Positions 22,174-32,193 of a stretch of DNA of 34,383 nt are shown here, piece after piece. Numbering within the stretch: the stretch's first letter is position 1; each line of letters begins with the position of its first letter. The notes below the pieces were generated by a model that saw only the letters and a program-made list of their open reading frames with translations, did no database searches and was not told where the DNA came from. The DNA comes from a virus: UHGV virus genome UHGV-0341269; one strand, 5' to 3'. Both the position numbers and the translations under genes were made by a program.

Positions 22174-24339
22174 TTATTGTGCTAATTGGTTGATTTCTAC
22201 AACAGCGGCCTCGGCGTAATGGTGGCCGACAAACGCCCACACTTGCCGGGGTTGCCCGGTCGTGTTGGCCGCCAGCGTCAGGACAACCTGGCCGCCGGAC
22301 CCTATTTCTTCAGAGGATTGCGTGCACCACACAGCGGCGGGGTCATGTCCGCACATGGTATCGTTCAGCACATAGATAGCTTCGGAGAGGGTGGAAGACG
22401 CCGTCAATGTCACCTCGCCGCCAGAGGCCGGAACTTCCTGCGCAGAAGCCGTTACTTCTGGAACTGGTTTAGGCGTCACACCCTCCATTACCGTGTCCTT
22501 CATGAGGCCCCAGGAATTGGTTATGCCCAGTGAGGGTACATTGTCTATCCTTATCCCTCCCATACGGAGGCCCGCCTGATAAGTCCCGCTGACTTCGTGT
22601 GCTTTGAATTTGGTTGTAAGGCATGCTGTGTTGCCGGCGCCCCAAAAGGAGGAAGCCATATCCATTACATATTGCTTGTCCACAAACAAAGCCCAGCGAT
22701 TGTAAATCTCCTGGTCATCGGGGTTGGGTGGCGTCATGGCCGCGGAGACGTAGGTAAAAGCCGGAGCCAATGCCCAAACATAATGGGAATCTACCTTGAG
22801 GGGTCCATAAAACGTTCCTCTTATCAAGGCCGACTTATTGCTCCCCAGATACCCCATAGGGTAGGTAGTGATCTGATACGCCGGCACATTGTCGCCCCCT
22901 CTCGCTCCATTGACTGTATTGTTTTGAGGGTATCTGTAATTTGCATTATCCCAGGCATAATCCACCCAGTGCACAGGATGTGCATAGCAGGACGCCAGCG
23001 GATCGGCAGTCGTAGCGTACCCTTGGGCAGTGCTGCCCAAGAGGACCGACACCTTGTCAGAGCCAAGTATCCGCCAGACGCAAGCGGCAGCATATTCGTT
23101 ATTTCTATTGTTGCCCATGTAATTGGCAAATTTCCATGATCCCGTGGATTTGCCGATAACAGAAACACCCCCTGCCGCCGTCATGGTTAACACCATATCG
23201 CACAAGTCGTTATTAAATACTCCCTTCTTCAGGGAGGCGTTAGCGGTAGCAATTGCGTAGCTTGTGCTCAACGACTGGGCTTCCGCCAAGGCAGTCACCC
23301 ATGACGGAATGACGGATTCCAGAAAATAATTGGTGCGGCTCCATTGGCCGGCAGCCGTCATGGTTATCATTCCCTCATAGGAAATGGCATTCTGCCCTGT
23401 GGCGGGCAGCGGCACACGGACTCCTTCGATTGCGGTGATCGTGGCGTCGTAGGTCTGCGGCTGCGTCCAGTTATAAGAACCGTCCGGATTAACATCCCCC
23501 GTATCTCCTTTCTCGCCACGGGGCCCTTGGGGCCCCTCCGGCCCCTCGGGTCCTTGCGGGCCGGCAGGACCCTGCGGTCCGGTTTCTCCAATGTCGCCTC
23601 TTGGTCCCTGTTCTCCGGTCGCTCCCTGAGGACCTTGAGGTCCTGCGTCGCCCCTGGGACCCTGGGGGCCTTCGGGGCCGGTTTCGCCCGGTTCCCCCTG
23701 CGGGCCTGGTGGGCCTTCGGGGCCGGCGTCTCCTTTGGGGATGGTAAACGACAACAGATAAGAGCCCGCTTCCGAGCCTTTCACGGCTTCCGCTGCGGCA
23801 GGAGTGCCAGGTTCGCCGGTAGTGACCCGGTCCACCGAAAGATTGAAATTCTCGGCGTACTTCTTGGCCTGCTCCGCGTACCAGGCGGCGCTTGACGCAT
23901 TATCAAGCACCACCTGCACGCATCCGCTTCCTTCCGGCAGCTGCACGACGACCGCACCCGCTACCGCCTGCTGCTCGTCCGGCAAGTCCGGCGTCACCCG
24001 GCCTGAGGAAACAAAGCATCCATAGAGAAGCGGGCTTTCCTCATTGCCGTCATCCATGAAGACATCGTAGGACCACATGCCCGCGGGCACCGAGGCCCAC
24101 GAAATCACGCCGTTGCCCTCGTCGTCACGGGAAAAGCCGAACTCGGCGATACCCGTCTTGAGGCGAACGGCTCCGCGCAGGGTGACGCCGCCCATATCGA
24201 CGGGATCCCCCTGGAAATCCACCACGCGCACGACCAGTGACTGGTTGAGCCCCGTGACTGTCCGGATGTCATATTTTCCTGCCTGTTGCCTGAAAAAAAA
24301 GGAGGATGCGGGGGCGCGCGGCGCCCCCTTGTGAAACAC
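22174..24339 (-). CDS. Collagen-like repeat tail fibre protein (about 27 G-X-Y triplets) with a C-terminal beta-rich receptor-binding region
   Basis: [80 protein letters not shown]. Confidence 0.6.
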   Translation of the reverse strand: MFHKGAPRAPASSFFFRQQAGKYDIRTVTGLNQSLVVRVVDFQGDPVDMGGVTLRGAVRLKTGIAEFGFSRDDEGNGVISWASVPAGMWSYDVFMDDGNEESPLLYGCFVSSGRVTPDLPDEQQAVAGAVVVQLPEGSGCVQVVLDNASSAAWYAEQAKKYAENFNLSVDRVTTGEPGTPAAAEAVKGSEAGSYLLSFTIPKGDAGPEGPPGPQGEPGETGPEGPQGPRGDAGPQGPQGATGEQGPRGDIGETGPQGPAGPQGPEGPEGPQGPRGEKGDTGDVNPDGSYNWTQPQTYDATITAIEGVRVPLPATGQNAISYEGMITMTAAGQWSRTNYFLESVIPSWVTALAEAQSLSTSYAIATANASLKKGVFNNDLCDMVLTMTAAGGVSVIGKSTGSWKFANYMGNNRNNEYAAACVWRILGSDKVSVLLGSTAQGYATTADPLASCYAHPVHWVDYAWDNANYRYPQNNTVNGARGGDNVPAYQITTYPMGYLGSNKSALIRGTFYGPLKVDSHYVWALAPAFTYVSAAMTPPNPDDQEIYNRWALFVDKQYVMDMASSFWGAGNTACLTTKFKAHEVSGTYQAGLRMGGIRIDNVPSLGITNSWGLMKDTVMEGVTPKPVPEVTASAQEVPASGGEVTLTASSTLSEAIYVLNDTMCGHDPAAVWCTQSSEEIGSGGQVVLTLAANTTGQPRQVWAFVGHHYAEAAVVEINQLAQ
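23490..23735. repeat. DNA encoding the collagen-like G-X-Y triple-helix repeat (GGNCCN-rich periodic sequence)
   Basis: Periodic GGGCC/GGTCC-rich sequence read directly. Confidence 0.6.
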
Positions 24340-24340
24340 G

Positions 24341-24898
24341 TCAGGAGCCCGGGGCCGGCGTCACGTCCTGCACATTGGAGGGCGTGAACTTGTACTGGCC
24401 GCGGTAATCCATTTCAAATTCGAACTGGGGTGAAGCAATCGCCGTGGTGTGCTCGGGGTCCTGCAGCAGGCGCAAAGCGCCATGCGCGGTTCCAACAAGA
24501 TAGATGGTTCCTACATCGTTCTGGTACCAGAAATGAAGATATCCTTCGATCTTGTTGTCGCCTCCGTGTCCGACGGTGGTCGATTCCTCGCCGTTGGCGG
24601 GAGCAGTTCCCAGCGCGAACGCCAGCTGGAAATATTCGGGTGACATGTCCGGTGTGGTGAACGTCAACCGCTTGCCGGTCGTGGTGTTCTTGCGCTGCTG
24701 ACGGTAGCCGAGATTGCCGCCGTAAAAGCGCGTTACTTCCCCTTCGACCTGTGTGGCGACGGATTGGAAAGCCCCCAAAAGCCCGAAACTCACCCAGGGC
24801 TGTTCAGGCCCGGCTGTCGGATCGGCGGGCGGAGCCGTGGGAGGCGTCGGAAACTGGTCCGGCCCGGTGACGTAGGAAGCTCCCCCGTCTTCGGTCAC
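24341..24898 (-). CDS. Hypothetical structural protein (neck/tail-associated by position)
   Basis: ORF immediately upstream of the fibre gene. Confidence 0.35.
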   Translation of the reverse strand: MTEDGGASYVTGPDQFPTPPTAPPADPTAGPEQPWVSFGLLGAFQSVATQVEGEVTRFYGGNLGYRQQRKNTTTGKRLTFTTPDMSPEYFQLAFALGTAPANGEESTTVGHGGDNKIEGYLHFWYQNDVGTIYLVGTAHGALRLLQDPEHTTAIASPQFEFEMDYRGQYKFTPSNVQDVTPAPGS

Positions 24899-25005
24899 CT
24901 TGATGCCGTCGGGGAGGAAAATCGCCAGAACGCCAGTAATCTGCGGCGTGACGTTGCGGTTAGAAAAGGTGGGATCGTATGTAGTAGCCCTGATGCTGGA
25001 AATGA

Positions 25006-25203
25006 TTAGTAAATGATGGATGCCTTGCCGTCGGCTTCCAGTTTATCGGCGAGTTCTTTTGTAGCACGGATGCGCGCCCCTTTCAAGAAGGTTGAGCGCC
25101 CTATCCTCACTTCTTTGGCGAGGATGAGGATATTCGTGTCGATGACGGCGGCCTGCTCCGTCTTCTTCTCCGGTTCGGTGTTGGATGTAGTTGCTTTGCT
25201 CAT
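25006..25203 (-). CDS. Hypothetical small protein
   Basis: ORF packed within the morphogenesis module. Confidence 0.3.
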   Translation of the reverse strand: MSKATTSNTEPEKKTEQAAVIDTNILILAKEVRIGRSTFLKGARIRATKELADKLEADGKASIIY

Positions 25204-25397
25204 TTGATGTCAACAAGGTTGAGGGTTGCCAGAGCTTCCGCGACGGGCGCGGGAAGTTCCAGGGTATCGGTTTTCATGAAGAGGCTGATGACCAGCCCTC
25301 CATCCAGTTCTGTTTTCGTGCTGACGACGCGGACGGTCACCTTGTCCTGGTGATCCCCCTGGTCTTTTTGCTGTTTATTTTTTGGCGTTCTGCTCAT
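25200..25397 (-). CDS. Hypothetical small protein
   Basis: ORF with a 4-bp overlap to the upstream gene. Confidence 0.3.
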   Translation of the reverse strand: MSRTPKNKQQKDQGDHQDKVTVRVVSTKTELDGGLVISLFMKTDTLELPAPVAEALATLNLVDIK

Positions 25398-25905
25398 GGA
25401 ATTCCGTTTTGGTTCGTATGTTGATATTGATCGGGACGCGGTAGTCCACGGTCAAGACGTTCATTTGCCTCTTCTCTCCGTCGATAATCCCGGAAGAGGC
25501 AAAGCGCCCCTTGATCTTGGGCTTCATCATGGCGGGCGCGGGAAACGGAAGTGGATTCCAGTTCCACAGGGCATGCTCAATCACGTCGCCCACGGCGCGC
25601 AAATAGTAGGCCGGCGTCAGGCATTCCTCCGGGAACAGGGCAGCGTTGTGATAGATGGCTACAATAATGAAATACTGCCTCCACATGGTAGGTTCCGCCG
25701 TCTGCCCGTGTCCGTCCTGGTATTCATCCGCATCCCCGGGACACACCAGCACCACGCCGTTATTCCCCATTGCAGACATGATGATGTCATTGGCGGCATA
25801 CTCCGGATCAAAGGGCGCGTCAAAGATGTGGCAGCTCAATTCCTTGCTGCTTTTGAGCCGCTCAATGATGCGGCAGCTCATGGTCTGGTCAATGGAGGGG
25901 ATCAT
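25375..25905 (-). CDS. Head-tail joining protein (Mu gp37/DUF1834-like by position and length)
   Basis: Start MIPSIDQ at 25905 is ATGA-coupled to the upstream gene; the fold assignment is weak. Confidence 0.3.
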   Translation of the reverse strand: MIPSIDQTMSCRIIERLKSSKELSCHIFDAPFDPEYAANDIIMSAMGNNGVVLVCPGDADEYQDGHGQTAEPTMWRQYFIIVAIYHNAALFPEECLTPAYYLRAVGDVIEHALWNWNPLPFPAPAMMKPKIKGRFASSGIIDGEKRQMNVLTVDYRVPININIRTKTEFHEQNAKK

Positions 25906-26567
25906 GATTCGTTTCCGATTTGGGTGAGGTATGTTTCCGCGGCGCGCTGCGCCATTTGGTCCATCGTCGGCAGGATGCCAGGAGTAGGAGCAATCGTTAC
26001 TTCCCGGCACAGGATATAGAGGACGTCTCCTGTTTTCGTTCCTTTGCTGAAAAGCTTGCGGGCCGCTTTCTTCCCGGTGGAGGACTGGGCTGTCTTGAGA
26101 ATCAGGACACCGGTTACATTTCCATTCCGTCCTCCATTTTTGGAGGGGATGAATTGCAAGTCCTCTTTGCGGAAGCCTGCGCTGTAAATGCTTCGGGTCC
26201 CTCCATGCCCTCGTGGCGCGTTGATGGTGGGGATGGCGAGGTTCTGAATCGGCTTGCCGGTGACTTCCGAAGTGCGTCCGGTGGGCCGCAGCGGGCCGCC
26301 CAGGTAGCCCTGCGTGCCTATCCAGTGCAGGCCGATGCCGCGCCAGGCAATGGAGACGCTGACGCCTTCGGCGGTTTCTTCCATGCTGGTGGCGTCCGCC
26401 GCGGCGTCGTAGTAGTCCTTGCCCTGCTGGCGCAGGGTTTGCTGAATCATCAGACTGAGGGCAACGCCCGCCTTGCGGATGGCGGTCTTGTGCAGGGCGG
26501 CGGACGGCGCCATGTCGGCAAACGCGCGGTTAATCGCGGATTGGTCGATGTGGACGGTTACAGCCAT
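25902..26567 (-). CDS. Putative virion morphogenesis / tail completion protein
   Basis: Start MAVTVHIDQ at 26567; position between the neck genes. Confidence 0.3.
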   Translation of the reverse strand: MAVTVHIDQSAINRAFADMAPSAALHKTAIRKAGVALSLMIQQTLRQQGKDYYDAAADATSMEETAEGVSVSIAWRGIGLHWIGTQGYLGGPLRPTGRTSEVTGKPIQNLAIPTINAPRGHGGTRSIYSAGFRKEDLQFIPSKNGGRNGNVTGVLILKTAQSSTGKKAARKLFSKGTKTGDVLYILCREVTIAPTPGILPTMDQMAQRAAETYLTQIGNES

Positions 26568-27694
26568 TTGACGGGTAAAACGTAAGGGGTTGACAGTTCC
26601 ACATTGAGGGCTCCGGCGACGTCTTCCACTTTCCTGACGTGCCCGGAGGTAATGGGATAGGTGAATTCCCCCTCTTCCTTTGGGGAAACGGGGATATACT
26701 GGCGGGAGGACGCGGCGGCCACGTCTGCGGGCCGGGCGTACCAATCACCTTCCGGCTCGGAAGCCAGACGGTCCAGCAGACGGTCCAGGTAGAGGGCCGC
26801 CAGCGTTCCGGCCACGGCTCCCCCGGCTGCCGCCAGGCTGAAGGCCTGGGCCTGGCGCAAGGGGATCTCTTCCGGGAAATCCCCGGACAGGACGTCCGCC
26901 AGTTCCGCGTCCGTGTAAGGGCGCGTGCCGTTCGGGTCCGTGTAGGCAAAGGTGGTATTGCCGTCGTTCCCGGTCTTGACGCGCACGGCGTCTTTCAGGA
27001 TGCGGCGGATCTTGTTCCTGTTGGATTCCGTCACGCCTTTGGCGTTGCTTTCCAAGGTTGCGTTGAAGCTGGGGGGAGCGGGACGGACGCGCGACACGGC
27101 CAGCCCGGCCGCGCGGGCTTCTTCGGCGCCCACGGGGGCAATGTTCATGCCGGACAGGTAGTCAAAGGGCGGGTAAGGCGTGCCAAAGCGCGAAAGGCGG
27201 ATCCAGATATCGGAGGCCGCCAGCGCATAGCCGACGATTTCCCCGCGGATGAAGCCGGATGATACCGCTTCCGTGGCTTCTTCTTCCAGCCCGGCCCGGG
27301 CACGGTTCCAGCGTTCGGCCCAATAGCGCGGGTCTTCCCGCCCCTGGGAGCGGTAAAATTTGAAGGCGGCCGTGTCTTCGTCCTGCATCCAGTTATACCA
27401 GTTCCGGTAACCGTGCGCCATGGCCGCATTGGTTTCCATGACGACCTGGATGCGGAGCCAGGATGACAAATCCTGAATGCCGCCCTGCCCCGTTGCCGGC
27501 GGTCGGTAGCCCTGCTGGCGCAGGGTTTCGCGGATGGACTGCTGCGCCTCTTCATAGCTCAGGGCGCCGGAGGCGACCTTCCCCGCCTTTTCCTCAAAGT
27601 CGGACAGGATAACGCCGGGCTCCACGCCGGACACGAAAAAGGCGCGTTCGGCGTAGTCGTTGGCGATCATCTCCATCTGGGCGGCGGTCATCAT
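26558..27694 (-). CDS. Hypothetical head/neck structural protein (378 aa from MMTAAQ)
   Basis: ATG 27694 is ATGA-coupled to the upstream gene; the Arg-rich 73-aa extension in the ORF track (to 27913) is probably spurious. Confidence 0.35.
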   Translation of the reverse strand: MMTAAQMEMIANDYAERAFFVSGVEPGVILSDFEEKAGKVASGALSYEEAQQSIRETLRQQGYRPPATGQGGIQDLSSWLRIQVVMETNAAMAHGYRNWYNWMQDEDTAAFKFYRSQGREDPRYWAERWNRARAGLEEEATEAVSSGFIRGEIVGYALAASDIWIRLSRFGTPYPPFDYLSGMNIAPVGAEEARAAGLAVSRVRPAPPSFNATLESNAKGVTESNRNKIRRILKDAVRVKTGNDGNTTFAYTDPNGTRPYTDAELADVLSGDFPEEIPLRQAQAFSLAAAGGAVAGTLAALYLDRLLDRLASEPEGDWYARPADVAAASSRQYIPVSPKEEGEFTYPITSGHVRKVEDVAGALNVELSTPYVLPVKWL

Positions 27695-28167
27695 CGGTAG
27701 GTGCTTCGCATGGGGTTGAACCAGGGGCGGCGCGTGTAGCGCGGCATCATGTAGGCGGGATCCGCGGGCGCGGAGCCGTCCACGCTTTCCGGCAGCATGT
27801 CCCCTTTGGCGTAGAGCGCCAGCATCGCGTCCGCCGATTCGGCGGCCTTCTGGCGCGTCTCGGTCAGGTTGAGCTGGTAGCGCAGGTAGAGCTGCCGGAT
27901 GATCAGCGGCCATGCCAGGGACCGCATGCTTTGCGGAATGTCGTACATGCCGCTGTTCTGGAGCGATTGCCGCAGGGCGAGGTTGTTGGCCAGCGCCCCG
28001 CGGATGGTCATGCAGACATCGTTGACCGCCTCCATCATGACATCCCGGTAGTCCAGGCTGCGCTGTTCCCCGGCTGTTACCAGGGCATCGCGTTCGGCGG
28101 TGTTGAGACCGAGCAGCCGATCGGCTTCGTCGGTGGAAATCGTGGACCAGGCAGGAAAGGCGGACAT
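27691..28167 (-). CDS. Head-tail connector protein (DUF1320/Mu gp36-like)
   Basis: Immediately downstream of the major capsid gene; helical pattern DALVTAGEQRSLDYRDVMMEAVNDV…. Confidence 0.35.
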   Translation of the reverse strand: MSAFPAWSTISTDEADRLLGLNTAERDALVTAGEQRSLDYRDVMMEAVNDVCMTIRGALANNLALRQSLQNSGMYDIPQSMRSLAWPLIIRQLYLRYQLNLTETRQKAAESADAMLALYAKGDMLPESVDGSAPADPAYMMPRYTRRPWFNPMRSTYR

Positions 28168-28186
28168 GATGGAGGCGGGGTTGGGG

Positions 28187-28927
28187 TTAATCGCCGGTGG
28201 CCGTCGCGTCGATGCGGACGATGGCGCTGGGGTTCGTCAACTTGGTCAGCGAGTAGACGCGGTTTGTGACGAGCGTCAAGGCCGGCGTCGGCTTGTATTC
28301 AGTGATGACTTCTCGGCGAAGCTTGCCGGAAAGACCGAAGGTCTTGACGGCGGAGGCGTCGAACTGCGTCGGGGAGTCTTCCTTGTACAGGACATAGACT
28401 TCGTTTTCCATGATGGTTTTCGCGTCGCCGGAAGCGTCGCGGTACGGCATGGAGGCGATGTAAATATCCCGGATGGGCCGGATCAGAGCCATGCGAAGAA
28501 GGTCTTCGTTGAACAGGCCGACGCTGTTGAAGGAAACCACCTGACGCGCGAGCGTGTTGGAGCGAAGCAGCTGCCATGCGTTGATGCCGAAGACAATCGT
28601 GTTCGGCATGTGTCCGGTTGCGGCGTTGATGGACAGGATCGCCTGGTCCAGATCCGCCAACGGGTTTTTCTGCTGGTTGGCCCAGTCACCCATCCCGGAA
28701 GCGGCCGGAAGCTGGCTCATCAGAAGCTTGGCGCGTTCGTATTCGTACGACGTCACAAACTGGGATTCGATGAGTTTGTATTCCGCCAGGGTGATGGCCT
28801 GCGCCTTTTCCCGGTTGACGCCCAGCAAGGCGTCAGGGATGGGCAGCGTCAAGCCGTAGCCCTGAAGGGTGTCGGTTTCGTTTCTTCCGCGCAGGACGGT
28901 CTGGCGGGGAGGTTCGCCCGGTCCCAC
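28187..28927 (-). CDS. Major capsid protein, lambda gpE-like (probably N-terminally longer; the reading frame is open to 29140)
   Basis: TIVFGINAWQLLRS ~ lambda E IVFDPKGWALFRS; the upstream in-frame translation …ESAFTVQPIQVGPGEPPRQTVL ~ lambda E …SEFTPGYVKPKHEVNPQMTL; the annotated start is a GTG. Confidence 0.55.
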   Translation of the reverse strand: MGPGEPPRQTVLRGRNETDTLQGYGLTLPIPDALLGVNREKAQAITLAEYKLIESQFVTSYEYERAKLLMSQLPAASGMGDWANQQKNPLADLDQAILSINAATGHMPNTIVFGINAWQLLRSNTLARQVVSFNSVGLFNEDLLRMALIRPIRDIYIASMPYRDASGDAKTIMENEVYVLYKEDSPTQFDASAVKTFGLSGKLRREVITEYKPTPALTLVTNRVYSLTKLTNPSAIVRIDATATGD

Positions 28928-29147
28928 CTGGATGGGCTGGACGGTGAAGGCCGATTCCGTGTCCCAGACCTTGTACTGGAAATTCAGGTCATAGACCGGG
29001 ACGATCGGAGCGATGCGGCTGATGATGGAGTTCTCTTCGGTGTTCCCGGACCCCGCGGAATAGGAGGTCAGGACATCGGTGAACTGAACGGCGGAGCAAA
29101 ATGGAGTAGCCCTTGTTCTTGGTCTTTCTGTTGGTTGGGGTTAATAG

Positions 29148-29579
29148 TTAGGCTGCGGCGACCTGGTAGGACGGAACGAAGCCGATTTCCACAAGGCCCT
29201 GTTCCCACTGGGCATGAATAACGCGGGCATAGACGGTGTCGCCGCTGGCGGCGGCCTTCCATGTCCCGTTGGCCGTGATGGTGACGGGCGTTCCGGCGTT
29301 GATGGTTCCGGGCGTGTCGGATAGAGCCGCCTTGATCAGGCCGGCATACATTCCGACGAGCGCGGCGACGCAGGTTCCCTTGTTGGGCTGTCCCTGCAGG
29401 ACGACGCCGAGCAGCTGCGTCTGCGTGGGGATGGCGGACAACGGAGTTCCGACAAATTCGGGGATGTCAGGATTGGCGGTCAGCGCCACGACGGTTCCTT
29501 CCTGTCCGCACAGGTCAACGCCTTCAGGGGCGTTGAAATAGACGATGGCGTTTTTCTGGGTTACGTTGAGTGATGGCAT
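29148..29579 (-). CDS. DUF2190-like small head protein (decoration/cement-like) between the scaffold and capsid genes
   Basis: Gly/Val-rich beta protein of ~140 aa in the characteristic position. Confidence 0.4.
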   Translation of the reverse strand: MPSLNVTQKNAIVYFNAPEGVDLCGQEGTVVALTANPDIPEFVGTPLSAIPTQTQLLGVVLQGQPNKGTCVAALVGMYAGLIKAALSDTPGTINAGTPVTITANGTWKAAASGDTVYARVIHAQWEQGLVEIGFVPSYQVAAA

Positions 29580-29597
29580 TGGTTGATATGGGTTAAG

Positions 29598-30710
29598 TTA
29601 TCGGTTGGCGGAGACGATGAAGCCTTCTTCGGTCGCTTTCTGGTAGGCGTCATAGCGCTTCATGCCGTCCTTGATCAGTTCGTTGACGCGGTTGTTGAAT
29701 CCGTCAATGGATTCCTTCTTGCGGAATGGGTCAGGGGGATTCAGCGTCGCGCGGCGGTTCAGAGGCGTCCTTTTCGGCAGTTCCTTCTTTTCCTCCTGAT
29801 CCGGTTTTTTGGGCGGAGTCTGGCGGTTGAGCGCACGGATAAAAGCGTTCAGCGCGGCGGGGCTTTCCCGGAGAGAGTTTTTCAGCTCTTCCCGGCGTTC
29901 TTCCGTGAATTCCTCGCGTTCTTCCTCGTCCAGCGCGTTTTCGTACGTGCTGACGGCGTCGTCCACTTCGGCGTTCACGTGGTCTTTCTCACGCTTTTCC
30001 AGCGAGAGCAGTTCATCAAGGCGTCCGAGGATCGCCCTGCTCATGTCGTCGGTGCCGTCAAATTCGACATCCAGCTTGTCAAGCAGGGAGTCGAACAGGG
30101 CCCGCTGGGCCTTGTCCATCTCCTTGGACGGATATTCTCTATCGTCGTTTTCCATATTGGTTTTCTGGGTTGTTTCCCCCTCTTCGGGGCTTTTGGGGTC
30201 GCCCCCGGCCTCGTCGGAGGCGGGGGAAGTCTGTCGGTTGACCAGAGGCCGCTTTCCCTTGATGCGCGGCCGGTTGGTCAGAGCGAAGCCGGTCAGACGC
30301 GACGGGCGGTAGACGCCGTCCGTCAAAGTCATGCCTTCGCCATATTCGGTGGATGATTGCGTGTATTCCTTGTCCTGCAGCATCTTCAGGCCGCGCGGCG
30401 TCCATTCGATGAACCCGTAGAGTTCCAGCGTGCCGGAAGGGTCGCGGTAGGTGTCCAGCCTCTTGAGCCATCCGAGGGCCCGAGTATCGCGGGAAAGGTC
30501 GTGGCTCAGGTGGTCGCCGTCGATGAGCATGCCCGGGCCGTCAAAGGTGCGGGCGTTGAAGTCGTCCACCATGTCCCGGATCGCCTGCTCGTCGATGCGC
30601 AACACGGCGGGACCCTCGCCGTAGTCAACGTCATGGTCTCCGCTTTTCTCAACGTGGAACCAGCCGTTGGCGGGTCGGGACAGGTCATTGATTTGTTTCG
30701 TGCTGATCAT
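29598..30710 (-). CDS. Head maturation protease / scaffold (Mu gpI-like N-terminal domain plus an acidic coiled-coil C-terminus)
   Basis: GWFHVEKSGDH…RIDEQAIRDMVDDFNARTFDGPGMLIDGDHLSH…ALGWLKRLD…ELYGFIEWTPRGLKMLQDKEY matches the Mu-like prophage I protein pattern. Confidence 0.55.
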   Translation of the reverse strand: MISTKQINDLSRPANGWFHVEKSGDHDVDYGEGPAVLRIDEQAIRDMVDDFNARTFDGPGMLIDGDHLSHDLSRDTRALGWLKRLDTYRDPSGTLELYGFIEWTPRGLKMLQDKEYTQSSTEYGEGMTLTDGVYRPSRLTGFALTNRPRIKGKRPLVNRQTSPASDEAGGDPKSPEEGETTQKTNMENDDREYPSKEMDKAQRALFDSLLDKLDVEFDGTDDMSRAILGRLDELLSLEKREKDHVNAEVDDAVSTYENALDEEEREEFTEERREELKNSLRESPAALNAFIRALNRQTPPKKPDQEEKKELPKRTPLNRRATLNPPDPFRKKESIDGFNNRVNELIKDGMKRYDAYQKATEEGFIVSANR

Positions 30711-31950
30711 CGGTAAATCCTTTCATGAGTCCGGCGTAAATCATTTGCTGAAGCTGTTCATAAGCATCGGGCGGAATGAGTGCTTTTTCCGGTTCCCTGT
30801 TGGCCGCCGCCGTCACCGGAACGGGGTCCTGCGTGTCCTCGATCGACATGCCGATCTTTTCTTCAATCTCGGTCTTCTCGGGGCGGACGCCTCCGTCGGC
30901 AAGCGCGGCGATTTCCTCGGCTTTCTGCAGCGGGGTCTGGACGGTGTCAAAAGTGATGTGGAGGCGGGCCAGCGGTTCGCCGTCTCCCAGGACAAGCGGG
31001 CTGATGGCGGCGTTAAAAGCTTCGGCGACCTTGGAACAGACCGCGGAGACGACCGAATTCCAGCTGTCCGTGTGCGCTCCCCCGGCCAGCGTGCCGGATC
31101 CTGATTCATTCAGGACGGTCAGAGTGCCGGCCATTACAAACCGCACCTGGTCCTTGTCGGACATGTTGATTCGGGATAGGAAATAGTTTTCGTTGATGTT
31201 GGAGGCTTTCAACGGTTCGGCGGTGCAGCCGGGAGGAAGCACAATGGAGGCTCCCGATTTGAGTTCCTCACAGGCCCGTTCCAGCGCGTCCATGACGGCG
31301 GCGCTCGCGTCCTTGGGCGCCGTGATGATGACCGGGGCGCTCCCGTAGCGGTCCATATGGTTGTCCCACGTAACTTTGGCGTGATTCCGCTCAAAAGAGG
31401 CGCGGGTTGCCGGAAAAAGAATGGGGTTCCGGTGCTCCATGACCACGAGCGTTTCTTCCTCTACGCTCTCGCCCGTGTCGACCCCGATGTAGCACTGGGG
31501 ATTAAACTGCCATTCGTTCAGCTCTCCGGGCCGCACCCAGTATCGCTGCGGGATGAATTCAAAGCGGCGGCCCCAGGAATCTTCGATGTATTGGAGGTGG
31601 GCGTACCCGTAAAACATAGCGGAGGCCAACTGCCCAAAGGCCTGTTGAAGTCCGGTGACGGAGTGATAGAATTCTTCCAGCGCGTTCTGCTGACGCTGGG
31701 CTTCCGGGCTGTCGTCCGCGGCGTCAATCTTCCATCCCTGCATGGAGACGCTTTCAATGAGCCGGGAATAGAGCATGCCCATCAAGCCGTCCGAGTAGAT
31801 GACCTCGTCCCAAATGAGCATTTGGCGGGCAAAGGCTCCACGCCGCGCTTCGTTCCGGGCGTCAATCAGGGTTTGCAGGTCGGCGCCCTGTAACGGGTCC
31901 CAATATTCGTACCATTGAGGCTGGTTAGGCTTCCGGCTCTGTTCCGTCAA
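30685..31950 (-). CDS. Portal protein (TTG start in the ORF track)
   Basis: ~420-aa protein immediately downstream of the terminase large subunit gene and upstream of the protease gene. Confidence 0.55.
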   Translation of the reverse strand: MTEQSRKPNQPQWYEYWDPLQGADLQTLIDARNEARRGAFARQMLIWDEVIYSDGLMGMLYSRLIESVSMQGWKIDAADDSPEAQRQQNALEEFYHSVTGLQQAFGQLASAMFYGYAHLQYIEDSWGRRFEFIPQRYWVRPGELNEWQFNPQCYIGVDTGESVEEETLVVMEHRNPILFPATRASFERNHAKVTWDNHMDRYGSAPVIITAPKDASAAVMDALERACEELKSGASIVLPPGCTAEPLKASNINENYFLSRINMSDKDQVRFVMAGTLTVLNESGSGTLAGGAHTDSWNSVVSAVCSKVAEAFNAAISPLVLGDGEPLARLHITFDTVQTPLQKAEEIAALADGGVRPEKTEIEEKIGMSIEDTQDPVPVTAAANREPEKALIPPDAYEQLQQMIYAGLMKGFTDDQHETNQ

Positions 31951-32193
31951 CGCTCGCCGGGCCAGGTCCGTTTCAAGCTCCTTGATTCTGGTCTCCTGTT
32001 GGGCTACCAGCTTCGGGGCGTTGAGGATATTTCGGACGGCGTTAAACCTGCGGCTTAATGATGGAAAGGGATTGGTTGCAGGGGGAGGAGTTGGACCTCC
32101 GACACGGGGACAGGAACCCCGTATGATACCGTTTCACTACCCTGCGATTGAATACAAATCAACACATATAGATATGTTGATATATTGTCAACC

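Noticed and set aside
22174-24339. Possible diversity-generating retroelement targeting the tail fibre
   Set aside because: There is no reverse transcriptase ORF anywhere in the window, and no template-repeat/variable-repeat pair near the fibre's 3' end. The repetitiveness is fully explained by the collagen-like G-X-Y coding repeat.
28100-29221. 373-aa plus-strand ORF
   Set aside because: It is antisense to the connector and major capsid genes. Its composition is dominated by Gly/Arg/Asp from GC-rich codon third positions read in reverse, and it has no homology signal.
29583-30356. 257-aa plus-strand ORF, and 29809-30312
   Set aside because: They are antisense to the Mu gpI-like protease/scaffold gene, which carries the conserved motifs. 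They are spurious.
32080-32140. Possible tRNA in the TerL-portal spacer (GC-rich hairpins GGAGGAGTTGGACCTCC / GGGGACAGGAACCCC)
   Set aside because: There is no T-loop GTTCRANYC consensus, no cloverleaf with correct arm spacing, and no CCA or acceptor-stem complementarity. These are more likely simple hairpins.
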